Positions 26,137 through 32,000 of a DNA stretch of 32,000 nt are shown here, piece after piece (position 1 is the first letter of the stretch; each line of letters starts with the position of its first letter). Where the stretch lies: assembly GCF_021378375.1 (NCBI RefSeq), contig NZ_CP076228.1, positions 720,001 through 752,000 of the forward strand. The letters run 5' to 3'. The notes beneath the pieces are model-generated. The model was not told the origin of the DNA. It saw only the letters and a list, made by a program, of their open reading frames with translations, and made no database searches. Both the position numbers and the translations under genes were made by a program. This DNA comes from Wolbachia endosymbiont of Drosophila innubila. GTDB lineage: Bacteria; Pseudomonadota; Alphaproteobacteria; Rickettsiales; Anaplasmataceae.

Positions 26137-27160
26137 TCTTGGTTAATTGGATTATTTTACTGAGTTGGTTCATAAAATCAGTGATGGATAACTTTCCAAT
26201 AAAGCTTGACCCTACATCATCATCGTACTTTATTGAAAATCGAATGCCATTATCAGTTGTTTTTTCTGATAAGGAAGGTACTAATTTTTCGAACGCATCT
26301 GAAGTTTTTGAGTCACCAATCATAAACGAGATTAATTCTTTATAATTTGATATAGCCACGTTGATTTTGTCTTTAAATGAATATGTAACTAAGTTGTAAT
26401 TGTTTACCCCACCATCTGCAGCAAAAGAAAAATTATTACTTTGAATCAAAAATTTCTCTATATTGAAATTAATTCTGGAAGCCGAGATGTCGTTTACAAA
26501 TTCATAATCAAATTTAATGTCGATACTAAGGTAACTTTCAGGACTTGCAGTATTTTTATACCGATAAGTATACAAATCAAATCCTAGCTTAGCATTTCCA
26601 CTCAGTTCTTTATCGAGGTGAAATTGAATGTAATTGCTTTTATCATTCACTTCAGTTATAACACTTTGCTGATTTTCTAAAACATCACATTTTAATCCAT
26701 AATCTTCGTAACGAAGTGTATCTATATAGTCTATCACGGTACTATTTTTGTTGAATCGCAATGAAGATGGTAAATCGTTTAGTCTAACAACAAAGTGGCT
26801 GCTATCGTTTGTGTGGCATTTTATATTCTTTTTCTCATCACCATGAACAGCAATATTGACTTCATTGCTTGGTATGTAGATATATACTGATTTATCAAAC
26901 AATCTATTTTTTATCAATAAAGCATCAGATGAGATGGTTAATTGCTCATTGGAAAATTTTGGGTTTGTCACACGAAAAATTAGGTTAGAAGGAAATCCAC
27001 TAAAATCATGTGAAATATCAAATTTTTCGTCGTTAATGTATAGTATTGTTTCAGCTAAAAGATTTTTTACCTTACATGCAGAAAAATACCAAAAACCAAT
27101 ATACGCTACAGGAATAAACAAAAGTAAAGAGATGATAATATAGATAAAAATCTTACGCAT
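26120..27160 (-). CDS. membrane-anchored hypothetical protein, 346 aa
   Basis: A single N-terminal TM helix (IFIYIIISLLLFIPVAYIGFWYF) is followed by an Asn/Ser/Lys-rich domain. It lies between fdx and ccmH with 2-nt spacing and a 17-nt overlap, so it appears operonic. Confidence 0.7.
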   Translation of the reverse strand: MRKIFIYIIISLLLFIPVAYIGFWYFSACKVKNLLAETILYINDEKFDISHDFSGFPSNLIFRVTNPKFSNEQLTISSDALLIKNRLFDKSVYIYIPSNEVNIAVHGDEKKNIKCHTNDSSHFVVRLNDLPSSLRFNKNSTVIDYIDTLRYEDYGLKCDVLENQQSVITEVNDKSNYIQFHLDKELSGNAKLGFDLYTYRYKNTASPESYLSIDIKFDYEFVNDISASRINFNIEKFLIQSNNFSFAADGGVNNYNLVTYSFKDKINVAISNYKELISFMIGDSKTSDAFEKLVPSLSEKTTDNGIRFSIKYDDDVGSSFIGKLSITDFMNQLSKIIQLTKNENSN

Positions 27161-27162
27161 AG

Positions 27163-27522
27163 CTAATCACTCCCCTGTTTATCCAATGATATATTTCTTG
27201 TACCCCTTGGTATGGTTACACACAAGCCGTCGATATCTTTTGTGATTTTTATTTGGCACCCAAGTCTTGATGTCTCTGTTAAGCCGAAAGCTAGGTCTAA
27301 CATATCATTTTCCTCATCAGATATAGGGTTATGTATTTCTACAGCATTATAAAACTTTGGATCAACAATTACATGGCATGTAGAGCAAGCAAGAGAACCT
27401 TCACATGCACCTTCAAGCAGATCTGGATCACTTCTGTGGGCTAAATTGAGCAGAGTTTCTCCCTCTGCAGCTTCATAGCTTTTCTTACTCCCATCAGGTA
27501 AAATAAAAGTAACAGATGGCAT
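27163..27522 (-). CDS. fdx: 2Fe-2S ferredoxin, adrenodoxin type
   Basis: 119 aa with the cluster ligands in CEGSLACSTCHV and the distal Cys in LGCQIKI. Confidence 0.9.
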   Translation of the reverse strand: MPSVTFILPDGSKKSYEAAEGETLLNLAHRSDPDLLEGACEGSLACSTCHVIVDPKFYNAVEIHNPISDEENDMLDLAFGLTETSRLGCQIKITKDIDGLCVTIPRGTRNISLDKQGSD

Positions 27523-27597
27523 ATTATTCCTATTAAAATCCTTACTAATTTCTCTATATCCTACAGGTAATAACTAATATTTGCAAACTCTTTACAA

Positions 27598-27765
27598 TTC
27601 CAGTGCCTATTTTTTGTTATCCAAGTAGCCGACACTGGTTTCCAGAAAAAAGGGTGTTATGCAAGTAGCTGACACTGGTTTCCATCCAAGACGGCAGTGC
27701 CCTCTTCTTGTCATCCTAGTGCCTTCTTCTTGTCATCCCAGTGCCCAGACACTGAGATCCAGGAA
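27598..27765. repeat. cluster of family-2 short palindromic elements
   Basis: CCAGTGCC..., the CAAGTAGC(C/T)GACACTGGTTTCCA core (27631-27653) repeated at 27662-27684, and GTCATCCCAGTGCCCAGACACTGAGATCCAGG. Confidence 0.75.
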
Positions 27766-27811
27766 TTTTATTAAGTTAGTAAGCATAAAAGTATAGCTAA
27801 CGCGAGCTCTA

Positions 27812-27956
27812 CGTCATACCGCCGCGGTATCTCTAGATCCCGCTAACACGTAGCGGGATGACGAACTGCTATACCGCCACGAACCGTCATACCGCGATTC
27901 ATTCGCGGTATCTCAGCCGCTAACAAGAGATCCCGCTAACAAGCAGCGGGATGACG
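27812..27956. repeat. cluster of family-1 short palindromic elements
   Basis: CGTCATACCGCCGCGGTATCTCTAGATCCCGCTAACACGTAGCGGGATGACG and related units, colinear with 6501-6669. Confidence 0.8.
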
Positions 27957-28452
27957 GTTGTCGTTTAGCTGCAAACGTTAAGAAATTTACCAAATGAAAA
28001 AAAAGGCAAAAGAAGCCCTGGGGTTATTATCCGCTTTAAAATATTGGCGTTTTTTATGTTTTAAACGCTTGACAAGCAAGATTAAGCTGCTTTTAATTGC
28101 AACTAACTTACGCTGCAAATGTTTAAGAAGTTTACTAAGCAGAAAAAAGACAAAGAATCCCCGAGTTAGCTAGTCTTTTACTATCTCTGTCGAGTATTGG
28201 CATTTTTTGATGTCTTGTAACGCTTTATAAGCGCGTTCAGCTTATTTAGATAAAAATCTAGATGTAGATGAAGTTTTGTAAAGACATACAGTATCTATAT
28301 ACTGCAAAAAATTGAACATGAGACGCCGATACATTAAGTAATCCTTACCTTTTAATCTGCAGATTGGCGAAAGCAAATACAATAGCTTCAGTTTCATGAT
28401 AAGGGGGCTAGCGAAGGGTGTCAAGTAAGTTTTTTCGTTTCTGTGGGCTACC
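27957..28452. repeat. long non-coding dispersed repeat, copy 2
   Basis: Colinear with 6670-7163 in the same orientation, diverged by many substitutions and small indels. The two internal sub-units begin near 27973 and 28116. Confidence 0.8.
28396..28424 (-). promoter_or_regulatory. near-consensus sigma70-type promoter inside repeat copy 2
   Basis: The minus strand reads TTGACA (28424-28419), exactly 17 nt, TATCAT (28401-28396). This is the same architecture as 7106-7134. Confidence 0.5.
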
Positions 28453-28460
28453 TGGTTTTC

Positions 28461-30482
28461 CTACTGAAATTTTGAAAAATGTAATCTACTCCTATATTCA
28501 AATATATCAAGCAGTAATTCAAAATCAGCCATTGCGCCTTTTGCGTTATTATACGCGAGATTGAGCAGCTCTTTGTCCTGATATAAATCAGCAAATTTAA
28601 ATTCCATACATCCTGATTGTTTTGTGCCTAAAATATCTCCACTGCCTCTTAGCATCATATCCCTTTCAGCAATGTAAAATCCATCTTGTGACTCACACAT
28701 GATCTTTAACTTTGAAGATGAGCTTTTACTTAAATTATCGTATAATAATACACAAAAAGATGGCTTGTTTCCTCGCCCTACTCTGCCTCTTAACTGATGC
28801 AATTGTGATAACCCAAATTGCTCTGCATTTTCTATAATCATGATGGTTGCATCTGGCACATCTATACCAACTTCTATCACAGTGGTTGCAACAAGCAGAG
28901 AAAATTCATTCCTTTTGAAGGAAAACATAACTTGATCTTTCTGCTCCTGAGTCAATTTTCCGTGTATTATCCCGACTTTATCAAGAAATGTTTTTTGTAA
29001 TTCCTGAAAACGCATCTCTGCTGCAGCAATATTGGTCTCTTCGTTTTCTTCTATATATGGACAAATCCAATATGCTTTTTCGCCCCTGTTTATAGCACCT
29101 TTTAGCTTTTCAATAACATCTGGCACCCTACTAATGTTCATAGTTACAGTTTTTATTGGCAATCTGGATTTTGGTTTTTCTTTCAAAATTGAACATTCAA
29201 CATCACCATACATAGCTTGCTGCAAGGTTCTTGGAATGGGAGTTGCAGTAACGAAAAGTATATCGGCATTTTCTCCTTTTCCTACCAAGCGATTTCTCTG
29301 CATCACTCCAAATCGCTGTTGTTCGTCTATGACTGCAAGCCCTAAATTTTTAAATGTAACGTTAGCTTGAAATAGTGCATGAGTGCCAATCACTATATTT
29401 AAAACACCACTTGCAAGTTCGTTCATGATAATCTTTCTTTCCTTGCGCGAAGTTTTACCAGTAAGCAGCGCAACTTTTATATCGGTACAGGATAAAACTT
29501 CCTCAATCCAATTATAATGTTGCTCCGCCAAGATAGTAGTCGGTGCCATTAGAGCTGCCTGCATGTTGTTTTCTACCACATTTATCATTGCAAAAAGTGC
29601 AACTACGGTTTTGCCACTACCAACATCACCTTGCAGCAAGCTTATCATGCGATACTTGGATTTTTGTCTCTCTGAGATCTCATCTATTGCACGAGTTTGA
29701 TCATTTGTTAATTGAAACGACAATTCATTTAAAACTTGCTCTTTGTATTTACTCAATATTATAAATTCTCTTCCCCTTTCTTTCACATGATTTTTTCTTG
29801 CAAGTTTCAGCGCTAGCTGATACGCAAACAATTCATCATAAGCAAGCCTTTTTCTACAAACCTCAGCTTCCACCAATGAGCTTGGTCTGTGCAACTTTAT
29901 GATGCTTTCCCTCCAACTTAACCATTTTTTTTGCTTGATTAATGTATCATCTATCCACTCTGGTAAATCAGGCAATTCCTTTAGATTAGAGCTTATTATG
30001 TTCCCAATGCGCTTATTGGTAATGCCACGGCATAATTGGTAAACTGGCTCTATGCAAGCTATTTCTTTAAATTGGTTGATGTCAAGCGACACGTAATCTG
30101 GATGAGTAATTTGCCAATGTTCAGCAAATTTTTCGAGTTTGCCACTGATGATCACATTCGCTCCAATTGGAAATAGTTTATATAAATACTTAACTGAGTA
30201 ATTAAAAAAGACTATGAATATATACTGACTCTCACTTTCAACGACTATTTTATATGGTCTGCCTCTAAAAGTGGGCGACTGATGCTCATAAACTTTTGCA
30301 ATGAAAGTTGTAAATTCTCCAACTCGAGCATCAGATAGTAACTTGCTTCTATCCACATAACTAAGTGGCTTATAAAACAGCAGATCCACCACCTTGTCCC
30401 CACCACAAAGTTTAGGCAATATTGCGGAATGGAACTTAGGTATATTCTCCAGCCTGCTATTTAGAAAAATCTGATTGCTCAT
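28461..30482 (-). CDS. recG: ATP-dependent DNA helicase RecG
   Basis: 673 aa with an N-terminal wedge/OB region, Walker A GDVGSGKTVVA, DEQQRFG (DExx box), helicase C motifs (QLHQLRGRVGRG) and the TRG-like motif. Confidence 0.94.
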   Translation of the reverse strand: MSNQIFLNSRLENIPKFHSAILPKLCGGDKVVDLLFYKPLSYVDRSKLLSDARVGEFTTFIAKVYEHQSPTFRGRPYKIVVESESQYIFIVFFNYSVKYLYKLFPIGANVIISGKLEKFAEHWQITHPDYVSLDINQFKEIACIEPVYQLCRGITNKRIGNIISSNLKELPDLPEWIDDTLIKQKKWLSWRESIIKLHRPSSLVEAEVCRKRLAYDELFAYQLALKLARKNHVKERGREFIILSKYKEQVLNELSFQLTNDQTRAIDEISERQKSKYRMISLLQGDVGSGKTVVALFAMINVVENNMQAALMAPTTILAEQHYNWIEEVLSCTDIKVALLTGKTSRKERKIIMNELASGVLNIVIGTHALFQANVTFKNLGLAVIDEQQRFGVMQRNRLVGKGENADILFVTATPIPRTLQQAMYGDVECSILKEKPKSRLPIKTVTMNISRVPDVIEKLKGAINRGEKAYWICPYIEENEETNIAAAEMRFQELQKTFLDKVGIIHGKLTQEQKDQVMFSFKRNEFSLLVATTVIEVGIDVPDATIMIIENAEQFGLSQLHQLRGRVGRGNKPSFCVLLYDNLSKSSSSKLKIMCESQDGFYIAERDMMLRGSGDILGTKQSGCMEFKFADLYQDKELLNLAYNNAKGAMADFELLLDIFEYRSRLHFSKFQ

Positions 30483-30580
30483 TGAGATTCATACATGTGT
30501 AAAACTGTTATAGAGCCTTTTTAAAATCTTGTCACCTTATGGTCAGGTATGCACTATAGCTAGCACAGCTCTCTAACGTT

Positions 30581-30632
30581 ATACCGCGATTCATTCGCGG
30601 TATCTCAGCCGCTAACACGTAACGGAATGACG
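30581..30632. repeat. single family-1 palindromic element
   Basis: ATACCGCGATTCATTCGCGGTATCTCAGCCGCTAACACGTAACGGAATGACG matches units at 6610-6669 and 27880-27956. Confidence 0.7.
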
Positions 30633-30715
30633 AATTTGTTGTTTTTAAAATCGTCGGTAAGCCTAAGTTACCCCTAACTATATTTGCTATCATAGGGCTT
30701 ATAGTAGGTATTTTA

Positions 30716-30744
30716 TTGACTAATTAATCATTTTTATGTATTAT
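30716..30744 (+). promoter_or_regulatory. candidate sigma70-type promoter of the 276-aa orphan gene
   Basis: TTGACT (30716-30721), 17 nt, TATTAT (30739-30744), about 30 nt upstream of the ATG at 30776. Confidence 0.45.
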
Positions 30745-30775
30745 TATACCGTTAGCAGTCTATATCAAGGTATTA

Positions 30776-31606
30776 ATGATGAACGGCTCTACACCAAAAG
30801 AAAAGGAAAATCCAATAGTTACACTAAGAGCTCAAGCAGAAAAGTTTGGTTTTAGCAGGTTGAGGGCTGGTAAAGATAATGCTGAAGCGAATTCTGGTGC
30901 AACTATGTACGTAGATCTTCCAAGAATGAAACTTGTTATTCAGAACAAAGTTATAACAAAAGAGCTTGTTGATGAATTATATAATAAACATACCAACCTC
31001 ATTTCAAATGACAAAAATAAGTACCGCCAATTTGTAAAACAAGTTTTTACAGAGCTATTTGAATATGCTGAAGCAGAAGTTCCAAATGATTCTATTCTAG
31101 AAGAACTAATCACTAATTGTAACCAGGCTGCTTATGTGGGTGCATTGTATGGTAAAGGAGGACCTATCCTTCATTTAGCTGAAACATATGGGTTATTGTT
31201 TCAGTCTAATCATGTAATACATATTAACTGTAGTGATCCAAGTCATGCGGCAATCAGAATTGAAGAAAAAATTGCAGTTCGCACTTTTGCAGAACTGGAA
31301 GAAGAATTCTGTAAATTGGATAGCTCGCTAGAATTCACACTTAAGTCTCAAGGTGATAAAAATGTAACATATGAAGATGGTAAATTGTCACTTACTGTTC
31401 CTAAGAGACTGAAGGACTATAATATAGGTGATAAAAACTTGTTTGACGTTATAAAAGAGTGTTTTCAGAAATTTTGCGAGAGGCTTGGATTTTTTAAAAT
31501 AAAAATAGAGCATGGCTTGGATAAGCCACCAAAAGTGAACAGCCATCTGGAAAATATGGAACCGCCCATTCATAGCAATGAGTATGGAAATACACCTGGA
31601 AACTAA
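30776..31606 (+). CDS. hypothetical protein, 276 aa, no recognisable domain
   Basis: Clean ORF with an upstream AAGG and a promoter-like element. Predicted soluble and acidic, with a polar tail (PPKVNSHLENMEPPIHSNEYGNTPGN). Confidence 0.6.
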   Translation: MMNGSTPKEKENPIVTLRAQAEKFGFSRLRAGKDNAEANSGATMYVDLPRMKLVIQNKVITKELVDELYNKHTNLISNDKNKYRQFVKQVFTELFEYAEAEVPNDSILEELITNCNQAAYVGALYGKGGPILHLAETYGLLFQSNHVIHINCSDPSHAAIRIEEKIAVRTFAELEEEFCKLDSSLEFTLKSQGDKNVTYEDGKLSLTVPKRLKDYNIGDKNLFDVIKECFQKFCERLGFFKIKIEHGLDKPPKVNSHLENMEPPIHSNEYGNTPGN

Positions 31607-31609
31607 CAA

Positions 31610-32000
31610 TTAAAATATTTCAAGCGCTGTTAGCTCATTTGCACAATCAATGACTTCAGAACTTGGGAACTGGTTTTTAAACCAAGTGTACTGGCGTTTT
31701 GCGTAGTGTCTTGTGTTTGTTTGAGCAATCTGTATCGCTTCGTCTAAAGTAATCTCACCTTTCAAATACTTTACAATTTCTGGCACTCCATGTGCTTTCA
31801 TAGCTGGCAAATTTGGAGCTAAGTTCATACTAAGTAGCTTTTTTACTTCATCAATTGCTCCATTTTCGATCATTTTGATAAAACGAGAATTTATTTTTTG
31901 GTATACATCCTCACGTTTAGGCAAAATTGTATATATCTTAAAATTATCGAATAAAGGAGGCTGTCTATTTTCTTGCCATACAAAGATTGTCTTACCAGTT
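31610..32000 (-). CDS. miaA: tRNA dimethylallyltransferase, C-terminal part (5' end beyond window)
   Basis: The minus-strand frame is open to the window edge (TGKTIFVWQENRQPPLFDNFKIYTILPKREDVY...). It contains the MiaA-typical TRHYAKRQYTWFKNQ. Confidence 0.88.
   Translation of the reverse strand, partial: TGKTIFVWQENRQPPLFDNFKIYTILPKREDVYQKINSRFIKMIENGAIDEVKKLLSMNLAPNLPAMKAHGVPEIVKYLKGEITLDEAIQIAQTNTRHYAKRQYTWFKNQFPSSEVIDCANELTALEIF

Noticed and set aside
28242-28424. 60-aa minus-strand ORF starting at the repeat-borne promoter
   Set aside because: It begins inside the -35 hexamer, and the homologous repeat copy at about 7000-7134 has no equivalent open frame. It is not conserved, so probably not coding.

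Overview
AT-rich, gene-dense window whose content looks like an arthropod Wolbachia (Rickettsiales) chromosome. This assignment is inference from ankyrin-repeat genes, ISWpi-like IS5-family elements, short palindromic intergenic repeats and Rickettsiales-type housekeeping genes; no database was searched. Housekeeping genes: lpdA (5' partial), xerC-like recombinase, ahpC-trxB, grx, ribF-lspA, two M16 peptidases, purN, mnhE, uvrB, a fdx-hyp-ccmH operon, recG and miaA (partial). Accessory content: (i) two near-identical 911/912-bp IS5-family copies in inverted orientation. Each sits in the 3' end of a different ankyrin-repeat gene and gives it the same IS-encoded tail, RGCPE(T/I)SKRL. (ii) A nested graveyard of IS5-like, IS982-like and IS110-like fragments. 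(iii) Two families of short palindromic repeats, plus a diverged ~650-bp composite non-coding repeat present twice that carries a conserved near-consensus sigma70-type promoter. (iv) Several orphan ORFs. The best candidate for something undescribed is a 4.6-kb cassette (16996-21606) bounded by ~65-bp inverted repeats. It encodes a 470-aa coiled-coil/K-P-E-rich protein, a 64-aa Ser-rich peptide and an 819-aa protein made of two copies of one module joined by a ~140-aa Ser/Pro-rich, eukaryote-like disordered linker. This is consistent with a secreted host-directed effector module, but its function is unknown. No rRNA, tRNA or CRISPR array was recognised.
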